64,000 bases of DNA. Origin: Salinivirgaceae bacterium (GTDB lineage Bacteria; Bacteroidota; Bacteroidia; Bacteroidales; SZUA-534). The stretch is taken from the NCBI GenBank assembly GCA_017617355.1, contig JAFZWI010000023.1:10899-74898 (forward strand), in the 5' to 3' direction. The notes below the pieces were generated by a model that saw nothing but the letters and a program-made list of their open reading frames with translations, made no database searches and was not told where the DNA came from. The position numbers and the translations under genes are program-made. Below are positions 9,721 to 20,621 of the stretch, one piece after another; the stretch's first letter is position 1; each line of letters opens with the position of its first letter.

Positions 9721-10959
9721 TTAATAAGCGCGTTTTTTGTCACAAAGACCAATTTTGAACACTGCTGACAGAGTGGTAATTGCTCCGTATGTGACAGTTT
9801 CCTCAATTTTAGTTCTGACGGGTTGAACCGAGAGTCGCAGAATAGGACCCCAAAAGCACCCTTGATAATTGTCAAGGAAAAACTTCTCGTATCGTATTTC
9901 GGCGCCAATGGTTGGCATAATCGATGTTAGCTGTTGGTCGTTCAGCGGATTATCTTTATTGTCGTAATCATGATGAGCGTAAAACGCTGTGTAACCTAAA
10001 CCAACGCGGGGAATAAACACCCATTTTTCGTTAAGTGGGAATAATCTGCCTATGCAAAATTGACTTGTCGCCGCATTCGAGCTTTCTCCTTTTTTCCAAA
10101 CAGCTTCGTCAGAAAACGAGATGTCTTTTTTCGGTAAATTGCCAAACATGCCGACAAACTGCCACGATACTTCCCAACGCTTGTACCCAACGGCAATGTC
10201 GCATTGGAAAGCTCCATTGCACGTCTCGAACCAATCAGTAATACCGCCCGACAATAGACAAACCCCCGGTCCCATACTGACATCAAGAAACATGCCTTCA
10301 AAGTCTTTTGTGAACTTGTAAGCTAGGTTCCGCTTCACATAATAGTCGTATTTGCTGCCGGGGTGATTTTCCAAAAACTTGTCGCTCTCGCGATTCATTG
10401 TTTTAGTATAGTTGCCGTTTTTTGTTTCAAATTGCTTAAGAAAAACATCGATAAAATCCTTGTCGGTTTCAGAGAGACGACTATCGGCATGGGCGGCCTG
10501 TTTTATGGCATCGAGATTTTCAAACACCTTGCTGTGAGCCACATAATAAAGGTTAGTGTTGAATATGATTTTTGGACCAAGCTCGGCATTGCGCGCCGAG
10601 TCAAGAGCCACTACATCGTTCAGAAAATCGTCGAAGCGGTTCAGGTAAAGGTCGATGCACCACAACTCGCGCGGCGCCAGCGGCAGATAAACGCTGTCTT
10701 CGAGCGTCATGGCGTATTCTTTCAAGTTGTAAACCATTTCCTTATCGTCGTCGGCAATGCTTTCGGCAAGGAGACTAAGGCATTTTTTTATCAAGTCGCT
10801 GCGGGTATCGTCAAGCAACCCTAATCGGTTCATTTGCTGGAATTTGATTCTGTCGACGGCCGTACTGTCGACAATAATATCTTCGGCAGTGGACTGTGCT
10901 TTCAACTGTCCGAACATTGCGGCCAGCATAAGGCACAATATGGCAATTTTGTTTTTCAT
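9721..10959 (-). CDS. Putative outer-membrane protein (helical N-domain + C-terminal beta-barrel)
   Basis: Signal peptide I (LKA-QS); shares motif blocks with 8515-9714. Confidence 0.65.
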   Translation of the reverse strand: MKNKIAILCLMLAAMFGQLKAQSTAEDIIVDSTAVDRIKFQQMNRLGLLDDTRSDLIKKCLSLLAESIADDDKEMVYNLKEYAMTLEDSVYLPLAPRELWCIDLYLNRFDDFLNDVVALDSARNAELGPKIIFNTNLYYVAHSKVFENLDAIKQAAHADSRLSETDKDFIDVFLKQFETKNGNYTKTMNRESDKFLENHPGSKYDYYVKRNLAYKFTKDFEGMFLDVSMGPGVCLLSGGITDWFETCNGAFQCDIAVGYKRWEVSWQFVGMFGNLPKKDISFSDEAVWKKGESSNAATSQFCIGRLFPLNEKWVFIPRVGLGYTAFYAHHDYDNKDNPLNDQQLTSIMPTIGAEIRYEKFFLDNYQGCFWGPILRLSVQPVRTKIEETVTYGAITTLSAVFKIGLCDKKRAY

Positions 10960-10984
10960 AATGTTAGGTGTTTAATTGCGGGGT

Positions 10985-11044
10985 CAAATATAGTTATCAA
11001 CGGCATTCTTTTAAATTTCTCTTTTAACTATTTTTCTACCTTTG
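10985..11044. promoter_or_regulatory. Divergent -7 promoter elements
   Basis: TATATTTG on the - strand (10985-10992) toward the OMP pair; TACCTTTG on the + strand (11037-11044) toward ruvA. Confidence 0.6.
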
Positions 11045-11077
11045 CACCTCTAATAAATAAAGGCAAGTTACTGAATT

Positions 11078-11659
11078 ATGTACGAATACATTCAAGGGCG
11101 GATTGCTGAACTGACACCGGCTTTCGTGGTCATCGACAACGGCGGCATCGGGTATATGATTCTCATATCGCTGAACACATACACATCGCTTTCGGGCAAG
11201 GAACAGGCCATTGTTTTCACACACTACATTGTACGTGAGGACGCACAGCTGCTCTACGGTTTCGCATCGAAGACAGAGCGTGAGGTTTTTCGGCTGCTAC
11301 TCACCGTTTCGGGCGTTGGCGCCAACACAGCGCGAATGGTTTTGTCGTCGCTGAGTGCCAGCGAGTTACGCGATGCCGTGCTCACCGGAAACGTGGCGAT
11401 GATAAAAAGCATCAAAGGCGTTGGTCAGAAGACAGCCGAGCGCATTATTGTCGATTTGAAAGATAAAATCGGAAAAACTGAGGCCAACACAGATTTTTTG
11501 TTCGCTCAAAGCAATACAAACCGCGAAGAAGCGTTATCTGCATTGGTGGCTTTGGGTTTTCAGAAAAACGTGGTGGAGAAACTGCTCGACAAGCTGCTTA
11601 AAGAAAACCCGACCATGCAGGTTGAGGAAATGGTCAAAAAAGCCTTAAAGTCGATATAA
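11078..11659 (+). CDS. ruvA: Holliday junction branch migration protein RuvA
   Basis: MYEYIQG, VREDAQLLYGF, VSGVGANTA, IKGVGQKTAERIIVDLKDK, EALSALVALGF. Confidence 0.97.
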   Translation: MYEYIQGRIAELTPAFVVIDNGGIGYMILISLNTYTSLSGKEQAIVFTHYIVREDAQLLYGFASKTEREVFRLLLTVSGVGANTARMVLSSLSASELRDAVLTGNVAMIKSIKGVGQKTAERIIVDLKDKIGKTEANTDFLFAQSNTNREEALSALVALGFQKNVVEKLLDKLLKENPTMQVEEMVKKALKSI

Positions 11660-11665
11660 TTTTTA

Positions 11666-14600
11666 ATGAGGCGGAGGTTGAAAACAAAGCTGCGCATTGC
11701 TATTGCAGCCATTTTCATTATTGCTGCTGAGGGCGTGTTTGCGCAATCGGGCGGCGATACTACCGCTTTGCCTTTCCGCATAGCCAAACCCAAAGCAACA
11801 CCCTACGAGCCGTCGCGGCCGGCATCGAACCTCAACCTGAAAGACCCGTCGAACTTCACCAACGAAGTTGAGTATGACGAGGCCACCGACCAATACATCA
11901 TCCACCAGAAAGTAGGCGGCGTTGACATTCGTCCGCCTTTCAACATGTCGCGCGAGGAGTTCAACAGCTATGATGTTGACCGCTCGATGCGCAACTATTG
12001 GCGGCAGCGTTACCAAGGCGAGAATTTTGAGCGCCAGGGCTCGTCGCTTACCAAAATCAATGTCAACAACGAACTTTTCGAGACCATTTTCGGCAGCAAT
12101 GTCATCGACATCAAGCCGCAAGGAACGGCGTCGCTTAAATTCGGCGTCAAGATAACCAACACAGCTAACCCAAACATTGCGCAATCGCTGCGCCGGCAGA
12201 CTATCTTCGATTTCGATGAGAAGATACAGATGAGCGTAGCCGGAAAAATTGGTGAGAATCTGGAACTGAAAATCAGCTACGACACTGAGTCACAGTTCGA
12301 TTTCGACAACACAGCCAATCTGAAATTCCAAGGTAAGGAGGATGACATTATCCAGAAGATTGAGGCCGGAAACGTGTCATTGCCGCTCTCCACATCGCTC
12401 ATCACTGGAAGCCAGAGCCTGTTTGGCGTGCTGACAGAGCTGAAATTCGGCAAACTCTACGTTTCAACAGTCATTTCGCAGCAGAAAGGCGAGTCGAAGA
12501 CTATAACCACACAAGGCGGAGCGCAGACAAGCACCTTCGACGTATCGGCTGTCGATTACGATAAGAACCGCCACTTCTTTCTGTCGCACTTCTTCCGCGC
12601 ACAATACGACAATGCCCTCAAACAGTTGCCGGTGATTGTGACAAGCGTGCAGATTACAAAAATCGAAGTATGGGTAACAAACAATAAGAAATCGACCGAA
12701 AACGCACATAACATTGTAGCATTCATGGACTTGGGCGAGGAGCGCGAGGAATATCCGATGTATAACCGCAAAGACCGCGCCGTGCTGAACTCCGATGTCA
12801 ACTTCTACCGCTATGCGGCTCCTGACAATGGTGCCAACAGCCTCTACGACGATGTGGTATCGACCGATGGCATACGCAACATAGACCAGGTGACCAAGCT
12901 GCTCGACGCCAAAGGCTACGCCAGCGCCCGCGACTATGAGAAAGTTGAATACGCCCGCAAACTGAACAGCAACGAGTATTCGGTAAACACACAGCTGGGC
13001 TACATAACGCTGAACTCCGCCCTCAACAGCGACGAGATTCTGGCCGTGGCTTTCGAGTTCACCTACAACGGACAGAGCTACAAGGTGGGCGAGTTCTCGA
13101 GCGACGGAATAAACAACCCCAACAACCTAGTTGTCAAATTGTTGAAAGGCAGCAACTTCACCCCAAAATATCCAAACTGGGACCTAATGATGAAAAACGT
13201 CTATTCGCTTGGTGCCTATCAGCTCAACCGCGATGATTTTGTGCTCGAAGTTGAGTATTACAACAACAAATCGCGGGTGCGCAAGCTATCGAACGCCTAT
13301 CTGTCGAACGAGATAAAAAACACCAAGCTGCTCAACCTTATGGGCCTCGACAACCTTGACAGCAAAAACAACTACGTGAAAGGCGGCAACGGTTTCTTCG
13401 ACTTTGTGAACGGCATAACAGTCAACGCCACCAACGGACGCATCTATTTTCCTGTTGTTGAGCCATTTGGCGGTCACTTGCACGATACTTTGGGCGGCGA
13501 TGCCCAATCGAAAGAGTTTGTGTTCCAGGAATTGTACGACTCCACCCAGTACAAGGCCATACAGATGACAGCCAAAAACAAATTCTACCTGAAAGGCTCG
13601 TACAAATCGGCCGGCGGCTCCGAGATTATCCTCAACTCATTCAACATTCCGCAAGGCTCGGTGACAGTAACGGCAGGCGGTATTACGCTTGTCGAGAATG
13701 TCGATTACACGGTCGATTACAGCATGGGGCGCGTCAAAATCATCAACGAGAGCTACCTTGTGTCGGGCACGCCGATAAAAGTGAACCTCGAAAGCAACTC
13801 TGACTTCAATCTGATGACGAAAACGCTATTGGGTACCCACCTCGACTACCGCTTCAGCGACCGCTTCAATTTAGGCGGAACAGTTATGCGCCTGACTGAG
13901 AAACCAACCACCACCAAAGTGAACGTTGGCGAAGACCCTATCTCGAACACCATTTGGGGGTTGAATGGCTCATATGAAGTTGAGTTGCCGCTTGTTACAA
14001 AAATTCTCGACTGGCTGCCATTGCTGGAGACCAAAGAGCCTTCATCGTTGTCGGTACAAGGCGAGTTTGCGCAGCTTGTGCCGGGCCACAACAAGGCTGT
14101 GGGCAAGAGCGGCGAGGTCTTTATCGACGATTTTGAGAGCAGCGAGTCGAACTACGACATGACCAGCCGCGAAGCATGGCGCATTGCCAGCATTCCGCAG
14201 GACAACATCTTCAGCGAAGCATCGCTCTACGGCGACCTTCGCTCAGGCTTCAACCGCGCCAAACTTGCGTGGTACAAGATTGACCCGCTGATGTTCCAAT
14301 CAAGCTCTCCGGTGTCGAAAGCCGAGCAGTCGAGGCTGAACGCCTACCGCGTACCGGAGCTTAACATCTACCCCAACCGCGACCAGTCGTCGGGCGACGC
14401 TCTCTACCTCACCACCTTCGACCTTGCCTATGACCCAACGTTGCGCGGTCCCTACAACTACAGCATCGACGACTATGACGAGACTGGCCATTTTATGAAT
14501 CCGCAAAACAAATGGGCAGGCATCATGCGCGAGACAACCATAAAGAACTTCGAGACATCGAATATCGGTTATCTTGAATTCTGGATGATGGACCCGTTTG

Positions 14601-17600
14601 TCGAGGAAGACTCTCTCAACCCTGGCGGACAACTCTATTTCAACTTCGGTAACATATCGGAGGATGTGCTGAAAGACGGCCGTAAAAGCTATGAGAACGG
14701 CCTGCCGACAACCTATCCGCCCGACCCTGCCACATATGATGTTACCGTCTGGGGCCGTGTGCCGGCTGTGCAGACAAGCACTCTCAGCTTTGTCAACGAC
14801 GAGAACCAACGTCGGTATCAGGACGTCGGCCTCGACGGATTGAGCGGTACGGCTTTCAGCGGCGGACAATCGGACGAGCAGGTTTTCTTCTCGTCTTACT
14901 TGGACGAACTGAAAAACGTGCTTGACGATGATGTCTATCGCAGTTTCTACGACGACCCTTCGGGCGATGACTACCACTACTTCAAAGGCAGTGACTACGA
15001 CGAAGCGGGCTACGGCATTGTCGACCGCTATATGAACTACAACGGCATGGAGGGGAACTCGCCCGTGAGCACAGGTGCAACCTCAACCTACTCAACATCG
15101 ATGCCAGACGTTGAGGACCTTAACAGCGACTACACGCTTTGCGAGTCGGAGTCGTACTTCCAATACCGGGTTGACTTGAGCCGCGAGAACATGGTTGTGG
15201 GCACAAACTACATTGTCGATGAGCGCAGCATTACAAATACAATGCCCAACTCTGAGCATAAATCGGTTAAGTGGTATCTTTTCCGCATCCCGCTTAGTTC
15301 TAACGAGCGCCAGCAGATTGGTAATATTGAAGACTTTACGTCTATCCGCTTTATGCGTATGTTCCTGCACGGCTGGAGCGAGAAAGTCGTGCTGCGCTTC
15401 GCCACCCTCAACCTTGTAAAGAGCGACTGGTTCACCTACGACTACGACCTAAAAGACGGCAGCGAGAGCCTTGTAAGCAGCGAGAACAACGACGATGCAG
15501 CAGCCGCTTTCAGCATGTCGACAATCAACATTGAGGAGAACGGCAGCCGCACACCTGTCAACTATCTATTGCCTCCTGGCGTAACGCGCGAGCAGGACCC
15601 GTCGCAGACACAGCTTGTGGAGCTGAACGAACAGAGTATGTCGATGAAAGTTGTCGATTTGGCCGACGGCTACTCTAAATCGGTTTACAAGACAACGAGC
15701 GTCGATATGCGTAACTATAAGAAACTGAAGATGTTCATCCACGCCGAAGCGGTTGATGACGAAACCTCGCTCGATGACGATGAAGTAACATGCTTCATCC
15801 GCATAGGCCAGGACTATACGGAGAACTACTACGAATATGAGGTGCCGCTGAAACTGACGCCGTGGTGGACGTCGCGGCCTTACCCTGACAACAAACAGAA
15901 CCGCGAACTTGTGTGGCCCGAGGAAAACAACATGGAGATTATCTTCCAGGAACTTGTTGATGCCAAACTTGAACGCAACGCCGAGATTTCGGCCGGAAAC
16001 CCGTCAGTGTCGCAGTCACTGCCATACGTTGTAACAACCACATCGGGGCACTCAAAGCGCCGGATAACCGTTGTGGGCAACCCTAACATCGCGCTTGTCA
16101 AATCACTTATGATTGGCGTGCGCAACCCTCTGGCTAAAACCAATCCTTTCCGCTCGAACGACGACGGCCGCAGCAAATCAATCGAGATTTGGATAAACGA
16201 GCTCCGCCTAACTGATTTCGACGAGAGCGGTGGCTGGGCCGTGCAGGGCGGAATGAACCTTAAACTGGCCGATTTTGGTAATGTCAATATGGCCGGAAGC
16301 ACAACGCAAGCAGGTTTCGGAAGCATTGAGCAATCAACATCGGAACGCTCGAAAGAACAAACTAAACAACTTGATGTTGCAGCTAACTTCGAGCTTGGCA
16401 AACTTCTGCCCAAAGACCTGAATGTGCGCCTACCGATGTTTATGAGCTACTCACGCACGGCTGTCAATCCGGAGTATAACCCGTTCGACCCCGATGTCAA
16501 AATCAAAGAGGCCACAAAAAAGATGACGCCAAAGGAGAAAAAAGAGTATCTAAAAGACATTCAAGAACTTACCGAGCGTAAGAGCATCAGCTTCACAAAC
16601 GTTGGTTACGGAGGCCGCACCAAGAAACAGGCTGTCAAAAAAGAGAAGAAAGCCGACAACGGCGAAGAGAAAAAGCCTGAAAAGAAAAAGAGCAACAAGA
16701 CACACTTCTACTCGCCGCAGAACTTTAGTGCAAGCTATGCATACGTTGAGAAGAACTACAACGACTACAGCACCGCCTACGACAACACCAAAACGCACAC
16801 AGGCTCGCTCAATTACACGTTCAACAACCAGCCCAAAGCCATTGAGCCGTTCAAGAACGTGAAGGTTTTGAAAAAGCCTTATCTGCGAATTATCGGCGAT
16901 TTCAACTTCTATCTGGCTCCGGCACAGATAGCATGGCGCACGGGCGTTGAGCGCGAATACAACCAGACGCTGTTGCGCAACACCAACCTGAATATAACAT
17001 CGGAAGGCGAAGAATACACGCCAACCTGTGACAAACGGTTCGACTGGGAGCGCGAGTTCAGCATCAAATACAACCTGTCGAAAGGTATCAAATTCACTTG
17101 GCAGATGAACACCATGGCGCTTATTGAGGAGCCCGAAGGCTTGATTGACAAAACCAACCGCACTGAATACGAGCAGTTTAAAAAAGAAGTCTGGGAGTCG
17201 GTTTTGAACGGCGGTGTTCCCGACAAGCACAACCAGAAGTTCACGGCATCGTACACCGTGCCTATCAACAAGTTGCCCGGCTTTGCGTGGACATCGCTGA
17301 CGGCGCGCTACGCCTCAACCTACGAATGGGACCGCGGACCTGAGATGCGCGACACATCGCTTTTTGCAGGAAACAGCATCGGCAACACCAATCAGATAAC
17401 CATAAACGCACAAGGCAACCTCGACAATCTGTATAAGAAATATAAGCCGCTCGACGAGCTGAACAAGAAATACCGCCAGACTCGCGAGAAACGCTTAGCA
17501 ACCCGCATGGAGACCGTGTCGGCACGCAAGGAGAACTTCTCTGCCAAAGCCGGCGAGACCAAGACTATAACTCACAACCTGCGCACAGAAGAAGACATTC

Positions 17601-19180
17601 AGGTAAAGGTTACGCAAAGCGGAAAAACACTTAAATCATCGTTTGAGATAGTTAATGGTAACCGCGTGAAAGTAAAAATGGAAGAAGCCGCCGACAATGC
17701 TATTGTTACTATCAGCGGCAAACGGTCAACCGAGGACTCTCCTGTCCGCCGCATAATGGAAGGTGTCGTTCTGGGTGTTACGGGCTTCAAAAACGTATCG
17801 TTCGCCTATACCGAATCCAATGCCATGACACTTGAAGGATACACGCCCAAATACAGCTTCACCGAGCTGCGCACCAATCCGGGTCTGCCGTTCATCTTTG
17901 GTTACCAAGACACTGCCTTTGCCGACCGCACAGCCCGCAACGGCTTGCTCATCAACAACCGCGACCTTGTAGAGCCATTCCTTACTACCAATCAGAAGCG
18001 CATCGACATAAAGGCGACTTACCAGCCCGTTAAGGCTCTTAAGATAGACTTTACCGGACAGCGCTCCATTACAAAGAAAAGCAGCGAATACTACTATGTC
18101 GGCAACTGGAACCCCAAGCGCGACGAATACGATGTCTATCGCTCAACACGTTTGGAATCAGGCGCATACAACATCAACATCTGGTCGTTGAAGACGGCTT
18201 TCGACAAGCGGCCGACCGAGAAGCACACGTCATCGGAAGCCTTTGCAGAGTACCGCAGCAACTTGCGCAAATTCGCCTGGCGTCAAGCTGATATGCGCCG
18301 CGGACACGCCCCGATGAGCTTTGGCGAGTACAATCCTGTGTATGACGCCGATTCGATGCCCGACGGCTATACAATATCGAACCCCGACATTGCCGTTCCT
18401 GCGTTCCTGTTGGCTTACACCGGCCGCGAATCTGGTTTGGATTTCACAAGCTGGAAACACTTCCGCCCGGGCTGGCGCGTTAAATACGACGGACTTGCCA
18501 ACTACAATATATTCAAGAAGCGAATCAAGACCATTTCGCTGTCGCACAGCTACACAAGCACATTCTCAATCAGCTCGTACCACAGCAACAGCTACTATAA
18601 CTACGAGCAGGCCAAACGTCCCGAATACGCCAATCTGTCGTGGGCCACAAGCTCGGTCAACGCCGGCATGTTTGTCCCCTACTACGACCTGACATCGTTT
18701 GCTGTTTCAGAATCTTTTGCGCCGTTGTTTGGAGTCGATGTAACATGGAAAAGCAGCATGAGCTCGAAGTTGGAGTTCAAACGCAGCCGCACTATGACTA
18801 TGAACCTGACCAACAACCAGATGCTTGAAGTTCACAAGCGCGAGTATGTGATTGGTTCCGGCTATCGGATTGAAGATTTTGTGCTGCCGTTCAAAACGCG
18901 CCAGGGACAACAGATTGTGAGCGACCTCAACCTGCGCGCCGACTTCACTGTCAGCGACAACATCAGCGTAACCCGCGACCTTGTTTATCAAACCGACGAG
19001 ATAACATCGGGCCAGCTTGGTCTTGCAATGAGTTTGTCGGCCGAGTATGAGCTGAACGAAAAAGTAACGCTCAAACTCTACTACGACTACGACCTGACAA
19101 ACCCGAAGACATCTAACTCGTACCGCAACAGCACTACCGAATTCGGATTTGAACTGAAAATTGCTTTGGCAAAACTTTAA
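11666..19180 (+). CDS. sprA: Type IX secretion/gliding translocon SprA (Sov)
   Basis: 2504 aa with signal peptide; EDDIIQKIEAGNVSLPL, NRHFFLSH, WDLMMKNVY, DFTSIRFMRMFL, WINELRL; conserved ruvA-sprA adjacency. Confidence 0.95.
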   Translation: MRRRLKTKLRIAIAAIFIIAAEGVFAQSGGDTTALPFRIAKPKATPYEPSRPASNLNLKDPSNFTNEVEYDEATDQYIIHQKVGGVDIRPPFNMSREEFNSYDVDRSMRNYWRQRYQGENFERQGSSLTKINVNNELFETIFGSNVIDIKPQGTASLKFGVKITNTANPNIAQSLRRQTIFDFDEKIQMSVAGKIGENLELKISYDTESQFDFDNTANLKFQGKEDDIIQKIEAGNVSLPLSTSLITGSQSLFGVLTELKFGKLYVSTVISQQKGESKTITTQGGAQTSTFDVSAVDYDKNRHFFLSHFFRAQYDNALKQLPVIVTSVQITKIEVWVTNNKKSTENAHNIVAFMDLGEEREEYPMYNRKDRAVLNSDVNFYRYAAPDNGANSLYDDVVSTDGIRNIDQVTKLLDAKGYASARDYEKVEYARKLNSNEYSVNTQLGYITLNSALNSDEILAVAFEFTYNGQSYKVGEFSSDGINNPNNLVVKLLKGSNFTPKYPNWDLMMKNVYSLGAYQLNRDDFVLEVEYYNNKSRVRKLSNAYLSNEIKNTKLLNLMGLDNLDSKNNYVKGGNGFFDFVNGITVNATNGRIYFPVVEPFGGHLHDTLGGDAQSKEFVFQELYDSTQYKAIQMTAKNKFYLKGSYKSAGGSEIILNSFNIPQGSVTVTAGGITLVENVDYTVDYSMGRVKIINESYLVSGTPIKVNLESNSDFNLMTKTLLGTHLDYRFSDRFNLGGTVMRLTEKPTTTKVNVGEDPISNTIWGLNGSYEVELPLVTKILDWLPLLETKEPSSLSVQGEFAQLVPGHNKAVGKSGEVFIDDFESSESNYDMTSREAWRIASIPQDNIFSEASLYGDLRSGFNRAKLAWYKIDPLMFQSSSPVSKAEQSRLNAYRVPELNIYPNRDQSSGDALYLTTFDLAYDPTLRGPYNYSIDDYDETGHFMNPQNKWAGIMRETTIKNFETSNIGYLEFWMMDPFVEEDSLNPGGQLYFNFGNISEDVLKDGRKSYENGLPTTYPPDPATYDVTVWGRVPAVQTSTLSFVNDENQRRYQDVGLDGLSGTAFSGGQSDEQVFFSSYLDELKNVLDDDVYRSFYDDPSGDDYHYFKGSDYDEAGYGIVDRYMNYNGMEGNSPVSTGATSTYSTSMPDVEDLNSDYTLCESESYFQYRVDLSRENMVVGTNYIVDERSITNTMPNSEHKSVKWYLFRIPLSSNERQQIGNIEDFTSIRFMRMFLHGWSEKVVLRFATLNLVKSDWFTYDYDLKDGSESLVSSENNDDAAAAFSMSTINIEENGSRTPVNYLLPPGVTREQDPSQTQLVELNEQSMSMKVVDLADGYSKSVYKTTSVDMRNYKKLKMFIHAEAVDDETSLDDDEVTCFIRIGQDYTENYYEYEVPLKLTPWWTSRPYPDNKQNRELVWPEENNMEIIFQELVDAKLERNAEISAGNPSVSQSLPYVVTTTSGHSKRRITVVGNPNIALVKSLMIGVRNPLAKTNPFRSNDDGRSKSIEIWINELRLTDFDESGGWAVQGGMNLKLADFGNVNMAGSTTQAGFGSIEQSTSERSKEQTKQLDVAANFELGKLLPKDLNVRLPMFMSYSRTAVNPEYNPFDPDVKIKEATKKMTPKEKKEYLKDIQELTERKSISFTNVGYGGRTKKQAVKKEKKADNGEEKKPEKKKSNKTHFYSPQNFSASYAYVEKNYNDYSTAYDNTKTHTGSLNYTFNNQPKAIEPFKNVKVLKKPYLRIIGDFNFYLAPAQIAWRTGVEREYNQTLLRNTNLNITSEGEEYTPTCDKRFDWEREFSIKYNLSKGIKFTWQMNTMALIEEPEGLIDKTNRTEYEQFKKEVWESVLNGGVPDKHNQKFTASYTVPINKLPGFAWTSLTARYASTYEWDRGPEMRDTSLFAGNSIGNTNQITINAQGNLDNLYKKYKPLDELNKKYRQTREKRLATRMETVSARKENFSAKAGETKTITHNLRTEEDIQVKVTQSGKTLKSSFEIVNGNRVKVKMEEAADNAIVTISGKRSTEDSPVRRIMEGVVLGVTGFKNVSFAYTESNAMTLEGYTPKYSFTELRTNPGLPFIFGYQDTAFADRTARNGLLINNRDLVEPFLTTNQKRIDIKATYQPVKALKIDFTGQRSITKKSSEYYYVGNWNPKRDEYDVYRSTRLESGAYNINIWSLKTAFDKRPTEKHTSSEAFAEYRSNLRKFAWRQADMRRGHAPMSFGEYNPVYDADSMPDGYTISNPDIAVPAFLLAYTGRESGLDFTSWKHFRPGWRVKYDGLANYNIFKKRIKTISLSHSYTSTFSISSYHSNSYYNYEQAKRPEYANLSWATSSVNAGMFVPYYDLTSFAVSESFAPLFGVDVTWKSSMSSKLEFKRSRTMTMNLTNNQMLEVHKREYVIGSGYRIEDFVLPFKTRQGQQIVSDLNLRADFTVSDNISVTRDLVYQTDEITSGQLGLAMSLSAEYELNEKVTLKLYYDYDLTNPKTSNSYRNSTTEFGFELKIALAKL

Positions 19181-19183
19181 ATA

Positions 19184-20239
19184 ATGGCACCTTATCGGCA
19201 GAACGGACGCACATTGCTTGGCAGACATTTTTTGTTGGCCGCGTGTGTTATGATGTTTTCCGTTACGACTTGGGCGCAGTCTGGCAAAAAGGTCTTTCAG
19301 TTTGTCGAGTTGCCGACATCGGCGCGCATTGGAGCCTTGGGCGGTGTTCCGCAGGCCATTGCCGAAGCCGATTTGAATCTGGCGGCCGCCAATCCGGCGT
19401 TTTTGTCAGCTGAAACAGAAAACAAACTTGCCGTCAATTATGTCAATTATGTTGCCGGAATATCGGTGGCCGATGTGGCTTACAGTTTTCATACACCATT
19501 TGCGCCGGGCACGCTTGCTGCCGGATTGCAGTATCTGAACAGCGGCAAAAACACCCGATACGACGAATTTGGCAACACTGCCGGTAGCTTCTCGTCAAAC
19601 GAGTGGGCCGTCCGCCTGTCATACTGCCAGCATTTCGATTCCTGCTTTTCGATAGGAGCCACTGTTAAGCCGGCTTTTTCGAGCCTTGGCGGCTATTTTT
19701 CAATGGGTTTGCTTGCCGATGTGTCAGCTGCCTACAGATTCCGCAACGGCAACACCGCCGCATCAATTCTGTTGCGCAATTTTGGCGCGCAGATTGTTTC
19801 CTACGACGGCAATTATGCCGACACTCCGTTTGAAATTCTGGCCTCGATAAGTCACCAACTTGAACACGCACCGTTCCGTATGTCGTTGGTTTTGCAACAA
19901 ATGCAGAAATTCAACCTTAAACCGCAAAAAGCCAACATGCCCGATATGGATTCGGAAGTTGAAGACAACAGTAACAAACTTCCAGATTTTATCGATAACT
20001 GTCTACGCCATTGCGTTTTAGGTGTTGAATTATTCCCCGATAAATCCTTCAACGCTCGTGTGGGATTCAACTACAAACGGCGTCAGGAGCTGAAGTTGAG
20101 CAATTCGCCAGGAATGGCCGGAGTGTCGCTTGGTTTCGGGCTACGGCTCAAACGGTTCAGCATTGAATATGCCAACGCTTGCTACACGCTTGGCGGCCGT
20201 TCAAACCTCTTCTCTCTGTTAATCAATTTGCCGAAATAA
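19184..20239 (+). CDS. porQ: Type IX secretion system protein PorQ (PorV-like barrel)
   Basis: VFQFVELPTSARIGALGG, NPA, HAPFRMS, GFNYKRRQELK, GVSLGFG. Confidence 0.8.
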   Translation: MAPYRQNGRTLLGRHFLLAACVMMFSVTTWAQSGKKVFQFVELPTSARIGALGGVPQAIAEADLNLAAANPAFLSAETENKLAVNYVNYVAGISVADVAYSFHTPFAPGTLAAGLQYLNSGKNTRYDEFGNTAGSFSSNEWAVRLSYCQHFDSCFSIGATVKPAFSSLGGYFSMGLLADVSAAYRFRNGNTAASILLRNFGAQIVSYDGNYADTPFEILASISHQLEHAPFRMSLVLQQMQKFNLKPQKANMPDMDSEVEDNSNKLPDFIDNCLRHCVLGVELFPDKSFNARVGFNYKRRQELKLSNSPGMAGVSLGFGLRLKRFSIEYANACYTLGGRSNLFSLLINLPK

Positions 20240-20270
20240 CTCATCGTAATAAATTTTAAATCATACTAAT

Positions 20271-20618
20271 ATGAAAATAGCTATTCCAACTCGCGACGGC
20301 CACGTTGATGACCATTTCGGACACTGCGCCGAATACACTATTTTTACAGTAGATAACAAACAGATAATCAGCAAAGAGACCTTGCCTTCGCCACAAGGTT
20401 GCGGATGCAAGAGCAATATTGCCAGCACATTACAGCAAATGGGCGTTACTATGATGCTGGCCGGAAACATTGGCAATGGAGCTATAGAGAAACTTAACGC
20501 TCACAATATCAGAATAATACGTGGATGCTCAGGCGCTGTTGAAGATACCATTGCCGCCTTTATTGCCGGAAATCTCACCGACTCAGGCCTTACTTGCGCG
20601 CATCATGAATGCCATTGA
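20271..20618 (+). CDS. NifB/NifX family Fe-Mo cluster-binding protein
   Basis: MKIAIPT..VDDHFGHC, GCGCKS, LAGNIGNGA, C-terminal CAHHECH. Confidence 0.9.
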   Translation: MKIAIPTRDGHVDDHFGHCAEYTIFTVDNKQIISKETLPSPQGCGCKSNIASTLQQMGVTMMLAGNIGNGAIEKLNAHNIRIIRGCSGAVEDTIAAFIAGNLTDSGLTCAHHECH

Positions 20619-20621
20619 TAA

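Noticed and set aside
11663-19228. Multiple - strand ORFs inside sprA
   Set aside because: Antisense shadows caused by codon bias in a well-supported gene.
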